Below are positions 26,875 to 34,511 of a DNA stretch of 64,000 bases, in pieces (positions within the stretch are counted from its first letter, which is position 1; each line of letters starts with the position of its first letter). Position numbers and translations under genes: made by a program. The notes under the pieces were generated by a model that was not told where the DNA came from, ran no database searches, and was given only the letters and a program-made list of their open reading frames with translations. Source of the DNA: Pyrinomonadaceae bacterium (lineage in GTDB: Bacteria; Acidobacteriota; Blastocatellia; Pyrinomonadales; Pyrinomonadaceae); NCBI GenBank assembly GCA_965247235.1, contig OZ252004.1:4132883-4196882 (forward strand), given 5' to 3'.

Positions 26875-28905
26875 TCAGCCGAAGATCGAAGACAGACTGT
26901 GAACTGCGCCGCCCAACATATTTTTTGCGCCGTCGGCAAGCGTATCGGCGGCGGCGGAAACCGTATTGGAAACATCGCCCGCAAAGTTTGAAACTGCATC
27001 AATTGATTTTGTGACCGCACCGGCGACTACTTTGTCCACGCCGCCCTGACGCATCACCCAATCGGCTGCCATTCCGACTCCGAACCCGACGACCGCGCCG
27101 ACCAATGTTCCTGCGCCGGGAATAATGCTGCCGATTGCCGCGCCTGCCGCCGCGCCCGCCATTCCTGCTCCGACACCGACGACGGCTTCGCCCGTGATCG
27201 TGCCGATTGCCTGTGAACCTGACACCTCTCCGCGATTGTAAGCACCGATTTGATCGTAGGCGGAAAATCCGGCGTTGACGACTCCGCCGATCACTCCTGC
27301 GCCGCCGATTCTGCCGACTGCCGTTCGCGCGACCGAATTAAAAGTCTGCGAAGTAATATTTGACGATTCCGTGCCGGCTAAACGACTGACGAAATTTCGC
27401 GCCGCGCCGTTGGTTGAAAGTCTTTCCAGACCGTTTTCAACTAAACTCGAACGTCCTAAAGTATTCGCAATTTGATTGCCGACGATCTGCTCGCCCGCCG
27501 CGCTGAACGCGCCGACACCGGTTCCGAGAGCCGTTCCCTTGCCGATATTTATTGCCGCGCCGGAATAATCGCCCTGTTTGATCTGGTCGTAAGCCTGAAA
27601 CGTCGAAACCGCCGCCGAAAACGCGCCGCCCATCAACGCGCCGCTGCGGGTTTCGGAAATGAATTGCTGCCTTCCGCTCGTCACCGGAAGTCTCGTCGGC
27701 TGTTCGGCGATTGTCACGGGTGCGCCGGTCGTATGCAAATCCTGCATATCGAAAAACGCCACTTGTCCGCGTTTCGACATTTCCAGAATCGTCGCCGAAC
27801 TGACCGTGTTATCGGTAATAAATTCGCGTGTGCCGACTCTGCCATTGACATTATCCGGGCGCATCGTCGTCCCGTCGCCGGTAAACAGCGGATTAACGCC
27901 CATCGAACGATCCATTTGAGAACGCGCCCGCATTACGTCCTGTTCAGCCGCTGGAAGCGTATCAACAAACCTCTCCGAATTGCTCCACATATCAATTCCC
28001 AAACTTTTAGCTTCATTTAATCTGGCTTCATAATTATAATTCGTGACATCACGCCAGAATGATTCGGGCTTGGTTTGAAATCGTTCAAAGTTATTTTTAT
28101 CTGTTCTTGCCAGATTTGTAATGTTTTTCTCGGTCGGCTGCTGCAATCTGTTTGCCGCCTCTTCGGTGTAAACGATGATTTTGAAGTCTTTCGGGTTGGC
28201 AGAGGCAATATCATCCGCCGTCCAACCAATACGGCTCATCACTTCACGGTAGTCTAGCCGCGAACCCGCCAAATCTTCGACCGGCAGTGACCACGCAATC
28301 GTTTTGCCTTCTCCTTTCGCTGCGTCGTAATAGGCAAGCCGTTGATTCACATCGCTCATCGGTCCGTCGCCGGTTTTAATCATTCGCGCCAGATACTGCG
28401 GTGTTTCGCCGCTTTGCGCCAGATTTCGCACCGCGTTTTGGTCGAGCGTGAATAATCCGCCGTTTCGGGTTGATTCCGAGCGAAGAAAATTATCAGCGTT
28501 TGCAATACTGAAACTCGGTGATTCGCTCGGCTTAACTCCGTATCTGCCGAGAACATTGCGGTATTCGGTCATTGCCTGCTCTGTCAGACGAATAGTGTCA
28601 CCGCCGGCTGCAAAATTTTTGATGCCTTCGTTGATGACGCGGTGATAGGCGATTGAGGCTTCGCGGAATGCCTGTCCGCGAAAAGCAAAATTAGCGTTGG
28701 ACGCGCCCGCCGTCATCGCCGGAAGTAATCTTTCCAGACGGTCGCGCTGCTGATTTCCATAAGTTTGCAGATCGTTACGTCTGCCGATTGGAGAAAAACG
28801 GTCGAGCGGCAACTGTTTCGGTAAAGGCTTAGGTGGCGGCTTCGGCAGTTCAAAAGGTTTGATCCTAAATATATCTTCGTTTCCAATCTTTCTTGGAGGC
28901 GGCAT
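26875..28905 (-). CDS. Large protein (676 aa), Pro-rich N-terminus, no recognisable domain, C-terminal about 230-aa glycine-zipper region (GxxxG/AxxxG runs)
   Basis: ATG at 28905 with AAGGAG 9 nt upstream (the ORF track uses a TTG 18 nt further). Starts 14 nt after the stop of paralog 3. C-terminus GGAGVIGGVVNAGFSAY...GVGAGMAGAAAGAAIGSIIPGAGTLVGAVVGFGVGMAA with an internal AYDQI repeat. Confidence 0.55.
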   Translation of the reverse strand: MPPPRKIGNEDIFRIKPFELPKPPPKPLPKQLPLDRFSPIGRRNDLQTYGNQQRDRLERLLPAMTAGASNANFAFRGQAFREASIAYHRVINEGIKNFAAGGDTIRLTEQAMTEYRNVLGRYGVKPSESPSFSIANADNFLRSESTRNGGLFTLDQNAVRNLAQSGETPQYLARMIKTGDGPMSDVNQRLAYYDAAKGEGKTIAWSLPVEDLAGSRLDYREVMSRIGWTADDIASANPKDFKIIVYTEEAANRLQQPTEKNITNLARTDKNNFERFQTKPESFWRDVTNYNYEARLNEAKSLGIDMWSNSERFVDTLPAAEQDVMRARSQMDRSMGVNPLFTGDGTTMRPDNVNGRVGTREFITDNTVSSATILEMSKRGQVAFFDMQDLHTTGAPVTIAEQPTRLPVTSGRQQFISETRSGALMGGAFSAAVSTFQAYDQIKQGDYSGAAINIGKGTALGTGVGAFSAAGEQIVGNQIANTLGRSSLVENGLERLSTNGAARNFVSRLAGTESSNITSQTFNSVARTAVGRIGGAGVIGGVVNAGFSAYDQIGAYNRGEVSGSQAIGTITGEAVVGVGAGMAGAAAGAAIGSIIPGAGTLVGAVVGFGVGMAADWVMRQGGVDKVVAGAVTKSIDAVSNFAGDVSNTVSAAADTLADGAKNMLGGAVHSLSSIFG

Positions 28906-28919
28906 AATCTTTTTCTCCT

Positions 28920-29501
28920 TCAATTTATAAAATTAGCAAGTTTTTGCTGAATAACGGGACGAATACGGTGCATCTCGTCCATTAATTTAAGTCCTGTTTC
29001 GGGTGTCAAATATAAATCCCAACCGTTTTTCCGAACATCGTCCATCTCCAGAAAACGGGTGTTTGAAATTTGCGTGGTGACAATCGGCTGTCCGACATTG
29101 TTCGGCATCACCGAGTTTTTTCTCACACCTAACTGATCTTTGCCATTAACTATGTCATATTCGTTGAGATCAATCTTTCTCGCCGGTCGTTCGCCGTAAA
29201 TTTCTTCAAGTCTTTGCAATACGCCGTCGAAGTTTCCTAACTCAAACAAAACAGTGCCGCCCCACCAATTGCGGGCGATGTCCCGTTGATAAAGTCTGCG
29301 AACCCGTTCGTCAACTCCTTGAGGAATAATTTTGCCCTGCGGTTTATGAGCAATCGTGCTTTGCACCGAGACGATGAAATCATTGTTCAAAACGCCGAGC
29401 CGATACGAAGTCTGAAATTCTTCACCCTTTTCGATTTCGCTTTGAAACTCGCTCAAAACTTCCATCTGCATTGAATCTATGACTTCGACATTTTCGCTCA
29501 T
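28920..29501 (-). CDS. Hypothetical cytoplasmic protein, tandem paralog 3 of 3 (193 aa)
   Basis: Close paralog of the two upstream genes. Confidence 0.55.
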   Translation of the reverse strand: MSENVEVIDSMQMEVLSEFQSEIEKGEEFQTSYRLGVLNNDFIVSVQSTIAHKPQGKIIPQGVDERVRRLYQRDIARNWWGGTVLFELGNFDGVLQRLEEIYGERPARKIDLNEYDIVNGKDQLGVRKNSVMPNNVGQPIVTTQISNTRFLEMDDVRKNGWDLYLTPETGLKLMDEMHRIRPVIQQKLANFIN

Positions 29502-29554
29502 CTGTTTACATTATCGGCGATTTACGCAAAAAGTTTCCTGATTTTACGATAATT

Positions 29555-30127
29555 TCAAGAAGTTAGCTTTTGTTGAATAACGGGACGAATGCGCTTCATC
29601 TCATCCATCAGTTTCAATCCCGTTTCCGGTGACAGATATAAGTCCCATCCGTTACGTCGGCTGATGTCCATTTCAATTAAACGTGTATTGGATATTTGCG
29701 TCGTCACAATCGGCGCACCGACATTATTCGGCATCACCGAATTTTTCCTTACACCGATTTTATCTTTGCCGTTAATGATGTCGAAATTGTTCAAATCAAT
29801 TTCACGCGCCGGTCGTTCGCCATACATTTCTTCGAGTCTCTGCAATACGCCGTCGAAGTTTTTTAACTCGAACAAAACATCTCCGCCCCACCAATCGCGC
29901 TCGATTAATTTTCTGAAATTTACTTTTCGTTCCTCTTCGTAATTCTCCGGCACAATCTTTCCCTGCGGCTTGAAGGCAATCGTGCTTTGCGAAGTAACAA
30001 TTAAATCGCTGTTTAGAACGCCAAGACGATAGTGTGTCGCAAACCCTTCGTCATCAGTCGTGTCACTTTCAAACTCGCTTAAGATTTCCATTTCTCTGGA
30101 GTCTATCTTTTCAACTTCTTCGTTCAT
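29555..30127 (-). CDS. Hypothetical cytoplasmic protein, tandem paralog 2 of 3 (190 aa)
   Basis: The 53-nt intergenic spacers plus gene 5' ends are near-identical between copies (tttacattatcggcgatttacgcaaaaagtttcctgattttacgataatttcaagaagttagcttttgttgaataacgggacgaatgcgcttcatctc). Confidence 0.55.
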   Translation of the reverse strand: MNEEVEKIDSREMEILSEFESDTTDDEGFATHYRLGVLNSDLIVTSQSTIAFKPQGKIVPENYEEERKVNFRKLIERDWWGGDVLFELKNFDGVLQRLEEMYGERPAREIDLNNFDIINGKDKIGVRKNSVMPNNVGAPIVTTQISNTRLIEMDISRRNGWDLYLSPETGLKLMDEMKRIRPVIQQKLTS

Positions 30128-30180
30128 CTGTTTACATTATCGGCGATTTACGCAAAAAGTTTCCTGATTTTACGATAATT

Positions 30181-30756
30181 TCAAGAAGTTAGCTTTTGTT
30201 GAATAACGGGACGAATGCGCTTCATCTCGTCCATTAGTTTTAATCCGGTTTCCGGCGAAGCGTAAAACCTCCAGCCTCCGTTTTGACTATCATCCAGCTC
30301 AACCAAACGGAAATTGTTAATTTGTGTGGTAACAATCGGTGTGCCAACATTATTGGGCATTACCGAATTCTTGCTGATGGCAATCTGATCTTTGCCGTTG
30401 ACTATATCCAGTTCATTCATATTAATTTCACGCGCCGGTCGTTCGCCATACATTTCTTCTAATCTTTGCAATACGCCGTCGTAATTTTTCAGTTCGAACA
30501 AAACTACGCCACTCCACCAATCGCGCTCGATTATTTTTCTGAATTTTTCTTTTTGTTCCTCTTCAATGTCTGCCGGCACAATTTTCCCCTGCGGCTTAAA
30601 GGCAATCGTAGCCTGCGAAGTAATTATTAAGTCACCATTTAACACGCCAAGACGGTAATGAGTCGCAAATTCCTCTCCCTTTTCAATCTCGCTCTCAAAT
30701 TCGCTCAGGATTTCCATTTCTCTGGAATCTATCTTTTCAACATCTTCATTCATCAC
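30181..30756 (-). CDS. Hypothetical cytoplasmic protein, tandem paralog 1 of 3 (191 aa)
   Basis: Acidic N-terminus. Conserved core shared by all three paralogs (WWGG.VLFELKN(F/Y)DGVLQRLEEMYGERPAREI..N..DI(I/V)NGKD.I..(R/S)KNSVMPNNVG.PIVTTQI). No TM or signal peptide. Confidence 0.55.
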   Translation of the reverse strand: MMNEDVEKIDSREMEILSEFESEIEKGEEFATHYRLGVLNGDLIITSQATIAFKPQGKIVPADIEEEQKEKFRKIIERDWWSGVVLFELKNYDGVLQRLEEMYGERPAREINMNELDIVNGKDQIAISKNSVMPNNVGTPIVTTQINNFRLVELDDSQNGGWRFYASPETGLKLMDEMKRIRPVIQQKLTS

Positions 30757-30902
30757 TTTATATTATCGGCAGATCGTCAAAAAAGTTTCCTGCTTTTTTT
30801 GTTTTCGAGCCGAAAATGATTTTTCGACGGCGGTAAAAATTTTAGCAAAGAAAAAGGCAAACCAATTGCGATTCGCCTTTTTGTCAACTTGCGAGGTAAA
30901 AG

Positions 30903-33098
30903 TTATTTGCCGTCGCCGTTCTTGCTGCCGTTGCCGTCGCCGTTTTTGTTCATTTGGTCGCGGAACAAATTCAGTAAAAGCAAACTTCCGATGCCGCCGC
31001 CGCCTTCGCCGCTGCCGCCGCCCGAAGCCATAATGTCGGGCGTGATGCGAACGCCTTTTTCGCCGATAACTTTGAGCGTTTCGACGAGCGCGACACCGTT
31101 TGCGCCGAGTGCGGCGACTTGTTCCTTGTAGGCGACACCTTGCGCTTCGCCCATCAAGCGGACTTTTTCGGCTTCGGATTTGCCGGTTTCCGAGATGTAA
31201 TAGGCTTCGCCGTCGGCTTCGCGTTTGCGCTGTTCCGAGCGTTTCGCGGAGATTTCGACACCGACCGTCGCTTCCATCAAACTTCGCTGATTGTCGGCTT
31301 GCGAACTGGTTTTTTCGAGTTCGATACGCTTGATTTCGGCTTCTCTTTGCGCGTTGAACATTCCCTGTTTCTGCTCGGCGAGAATTTTTTCGGTCTGCGT
31401 TTTCATCAATTCTTCGGGCAGTTTGATGTGACAAATCAAAACATTGACGACATCAACGTGATATTTCAAAAGGTGCATTCTGACTCTCGCTTCGGCGCGT
31501 TCCTGTTCTTCGTGACGATTTTGCAGATAAGCCATCGCCGAACTTTCCGATGCCTGATTTCTGAAAATCGAATCAATCAGCGGGTGCATCACATTCTGCA
31601 CGAGTTTCTCGGTGCTGCCGATTTTCGCCACCATAAACGGCGCGTCTTCGGGTTTGATGCGAAAAACGACGCGCACTTCGAGCTGCATCGTAAAACCGTC
31701 TTTGGAAATGACCGAAAACGGGTCAAACGAATTTGAAGTGTTTTCCGCCGTCCATTCGACCGTCATATTCGTCGTCGGGATAATAAACGGCGTGGTCGCC
31801 AAAGTGTTGACATAATAACGTCCGGGACCGACGACGGTTTCCTGTATGCCGCGAAAACCTTCCGGCACGACGTAGGCTTCGTGCGCTCCGCTGTCCAATC
31901 TTTTGTCCGCCGGATCGCTTTTGAGTTCGGCTTTGATCTGTTCAATCGTCATATCGTCGCCGTCAACTTTATCCAATTTTTCCGCCGCGATATTGACCTG
32001 TTGTTCTTCTTCGCGCTCGACGCGCTCGCGGATTTTCGCCGCCATCGCTCTGCGGATTTCTTCGCCGGGGTCTTTGCCGACGTTGGAAACAATCACCGCG
32101 ACCTCGCCGGGTTTAACTTCTTTCGCCGAATCGGGAATCACTTTGAACAGCAGCGGATTGATGTAATAGGTTCCGGGCAGCAGAATATCTTTCTGCGGTC
32201 CGCGCTGTCCGCCGTTCGAGATAAAAACATTACTGTCCTGAAAATTGTCGTGTCCCGAAATTTGCGTCGCCACATAATCGCGCGGATCGAGCGGCGCACC
32301 GTCTAATGCTTCAACTAATCCGACCGAATTTTCGCTGATGACGGTTGCGTCAAACAGGCGTATGTTAAAAAGTCCGGGTTTGACTTCGCCGGCATCTTCG
32401 AGCGCGACCGAATTGGTGTGAATACGGTAAGTTCCGGGCGATAAAATCTCGACCTGTGCGCCTTTCTGACCGCCGTTGTAAATAAAACTTTCCGCGTCCT
32501 GAAAATTTTTGTGACCCTGAACGGCTTGCCCGAACAGTCGTCCCTGCGCCAATTGCGAGCCGTCGGCAGATGTCACCACGCCGAGTTTTCCGGTCGGAAT
32601 CGTCGCGGCTTTGGCAATCGAAACTCTGAATAAATACGGGTGAATCGCCCATTTTCCCGGCGGCAGAGTTCGCAGTTGAATGCCCTTCACGCCGCCCTGT
32701 TTGATAAAAGCAATCGGGTCTTGAAAATTATTATGCGCGTTCTGAGCGCGGTCGGGCGCGAAAATCGAGCCGGTCTGCATCGGTTCGCCGTCAATCGCGT
32801 CAATCACGCCGAGTTCGTCCGCGCCGATTTCGACGAGCGGCACTTTTTGAATGACGCGCTCAATCGGATAAAGCACGAAATGCAAGCCGGGTTTTAGCAC
32901 GTCCGCCTGAATCCCGATCTCGCCGTCGGTTGCCACGACGCGCCCCTGAGCCATTTTTTTGCCCGCGTAACGACGCTCTTTAATGCCGACCTCGGTTGCC
33001 CCGACATTAACCAGAAAGCGCGTCACGACATACCAGACGATGCCCAAGCCGACTAAGGCTAAAACGCCTAAAACGATTAAACTTGTTGTGTTATCCAT
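30903..33098 (-). CDS. Flotillin-like SPFH/Band-7 protein (YqiK-like) with three tandem about 95-aa N-proximal repeats
   Basis: N-terminal TM (LIVLGVLALVGLGIVWYVV). Triple repeat (H.NFQD..FI..GG..G.Q...L.PG.Y.I.P.LF). Charged EA-rich coiled-coil C-terminus. Start taken at MDNTT (33098), since the upstream in-frame stretch overlaps a palindromic element. Confidence 0.65.
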   Translation of the reverse strand: MDNTTSLIVLGVLALVGLGIVWYVVTRFLVNVGATEVGIKERRYAGKKMAQGRVVATDGEIGIQADVLKPGLHFVLYPIERVIQKVPLVEIGADELGVIDAIDGEPMQTGSIFAPDRAQNAHNNFQDPIAFIKQGGVKGIQLRTLPPGKWAIHPYLFRVSIAKAATIPTGKLGVVTSADGSQLAQGRLFGQAVQGHKNFQDAESFIYNGGQKGAQVEILSPGTYRIHTNSVALEDAGEVKPGLFNIRLFDATVISENSVGLVEALDGAPLDPRDYVATQISGHDNFQDSNVFISNGGQRGPQKDILLPGTYYINPLLFKVIPDSAKEVKPGEVAVIVSNVGKDPGEEIRRAMAAKIRERVEREEEQQVNIAAEKLDKVDGDDMTIEQIKAELKSDPADKRLDSGAHEAYVVPEGFRGIQETVVGPGRYYVNTLATTPFIIPTTNMTVEWTAENTSNSFDPFSVISKDGFTMQLEVRVVFRIKPEDAPFMVAKIGSTEKLVQNVMHPLIDSIFRNQASESSAMAYLQNRHEEQERAEARVRMHLLKYHVDVVNVLICHIKLPEELMKTQTEKILAEQKQGMFNAQREAEIKRIELEKTSSQADNQRSLMEATVGVEISAKRSEQRKREADGEAYYISETGKSEAEKVRLMGEAQGVAYKEQVAALGANGVALVETLKVIGEKGVRITPDIMASGGGSGEGGGGIGSLLLLNLFRDQMNKNGDGNGSKNGDGK

Positions 33099-33112
33099 TT
33101 TAATTTTTCGGA

Positions 33113-33202
33113 AATTGACAGGGATTAATTGGATAAACGGGATAAAAAATAATACGAATTGATTTAAAAATCCCTTCAAATCTTCTTCATCCCTGTCAAT
33201 TA
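33113..33202. repeat. Family A-related small palindrome between the 181-aa gene and the flotillin gene
   Basis: aattgacagggat...atccctgtcaatt. Confidence 0.5.
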
Positions 33203-33207
33203 TTCGT

Positions 33208-33753
33208 TCACTCTGACTCACGGCGCAGGCGTTTGATTTCCTCTTTTAACCAAAAAGCCGCGCCCGAAGTTCTTTCCTGTTGGGGGAGAATTCGGAGATG
33301 GCTGTCCAACAAATCAGCCAAATCTTTCGCCGTTAAAATTCCCGTCTGTTCGTGCAGGCAAACTTGTATCACACTTTTCGCCGTTTGCGAAAATATTACC
33401 GCCGATTCGCTGTCTGCCGCCAATCTTAACAGTTCGACGGTATTTTGCCGGTTGGTTTGCGCCGCCCAAATTTTTTCGTGATCGCCGACGGCATTGATTC
33501 GTGACGTTTTTTCGGCTTGCTCGGCGGCGATTCGATTTTGAAGTTCGGCTTGTCTGTTTTGAATTTCCGTTTCACGCAATTCTTCGTCCGTCGGTTCAAA
33601 CAGCGAACGATACGGCGGCGGCGCGTCAAATTGGGTTTGTTGATCAACGCCGAGCCTTTTTTGTCGGCGTTTGAGAATCACGGAAAAAGCGAAAACTGCC
33701 GCAGAGCCGACGACGATTATCATTGAGAAGAAAAATATAATAAAGAAAAGCAT
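33208..33753 (-). CDS. Membrane protein with N-terminal TM and coiled-coil, first gene of the flotillin locus
   Basis: 181 aa. N-terminal TM helix MLFFIIFFFSMIIVVGSAAVFAFSVIL. Confidence 0.5.
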   Translation of the reverse strand: MLFFIIFFFSMIIVVGSAAVFAFSVILKRRQKRLGVDQQTQFDAPPPYRSLFEPTDEELRETEIQNRQAELQNRIAAEQAEKTSRINAVGDHEKIWAAQTNRQNTVELLRLAADSESAVIFSQTAKSVIQVCLHEQTGILTAKDLADLLDSHLRILPQQERTSGAAFWLKEEIKRLRRESE

Positions 33754-33859
33754 TTGCCAAAAGCCAACGCGAAACTTCTGAAAAGTTTCAAAAAATACTT
33801 TTAGAGCGTTGCCCTCACAAAATAGATTACGAACAATTTTATAAAAAGTTTTAGGAGAA

Positions 33860-33946
33860 TTATCAGGGATGAAGGGGATGAACAGGGATTTTTAAAACGG
33901 GTGATTTTGGCTTTTTATCGTCTTCAACCTCTTCATCCCTGATAAC
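33860..33946. repeat. Family A palindromic element, left flank of the GxxExxY gene
   Basis: ttatcagggatgaaggggatgaacagggat ... cttcaacctcttcatccctgataa. Confidence 0.65.
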
Positions 33947-33965
33947 TTCTTCTTTATTACTCGTA

Positions 33966-34376
33966 TTACTCGCCAAAAATTTCTTTAATGTTTATTTTCT
34001 CCGTTTCCAAAAAGCGGTTGTTAAAGCGGCGATATTCGAGTTTCGGATTGCCGAAATTGACGAGCAAACCGACTTCGATTTCCGTCGCCTTCAAATAATT
34101 GATTGTTTGAGCATAGTGATCGCCGGTCAGATTACCGACGGTTTTCAGTTCGATTAAAACGCGGTTTTCGACTAAAATATCAACGAAAAATTCTCCGACC
34201 GTCGCGCCGCGAAATTTTACTTTTAACGGAACTTGATTTTCCGCCCGCAAGCCTTTTTGCCGCAGAGCAATCAGCAACGCTTTCTCATAAACCGATTCCA
34301 GAAATCCCGCGCCGAGTTCTTTGCTGACTTCAAAACAAGCCTGCAAAATCTTTCCCGTCAAATCCTCGTGTAACAT
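33966..34376 (-). CDS. GxxExxY-family protein (PD-(D/E)xK nuclease-like fold)
   Basis: MLHEDLTGKILQACFEVSKELGAGFLESVYEKALLIALRQKGLRAENQVPLKVKFRG..VGEFFVDILVENRVLIELK matches the GxxExxY family. Start at 34376. Confidence 0.75.
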   Translation of the reverse strand: MLHEDLTGKILQACFEVSKELGAGFLESVYEKALLIALRQKGLRAENQVPLKVKFRGATVGEFFVDILVENRVLIELKTVGNLTGDHYAQTINYLKATEIEVGLLVNFGNPKLEYRRFNNRFLETEKINIKEIFGE

Positions 34377-34394
34377 AGTTTTTCTCCAAAGAGA

Positions 34395-34503
34395 ATTATC
34401 AGGAATGAAGAGGATAAAGAGGATGAAAACAAAAACATTCATTCTTAAATATTTGATTCCTGCCTTTAAAAATCCCTGTCCATCCTCTTCATCCCTGATA
34501 ATT
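34395..34503. repeat. Family A palindromic element, right flank of the GxxExxY gene
   Basis: attatcaggaatgaagaggataaagaggatgaaaac ... ccatcctcttcatccctgataat. Confidence 0.65.
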
Positions 34504-34511
34504 TTCTTTTC

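Noticed and set aside
30763-31434. 223-aa Arg-rich minus-strand ORF overlapping the flotillin gene and the upstream intergenic region
   Set aside because: It is an alternate frame of the flotillin coding region with Arg-rich junk composition and no independent support.
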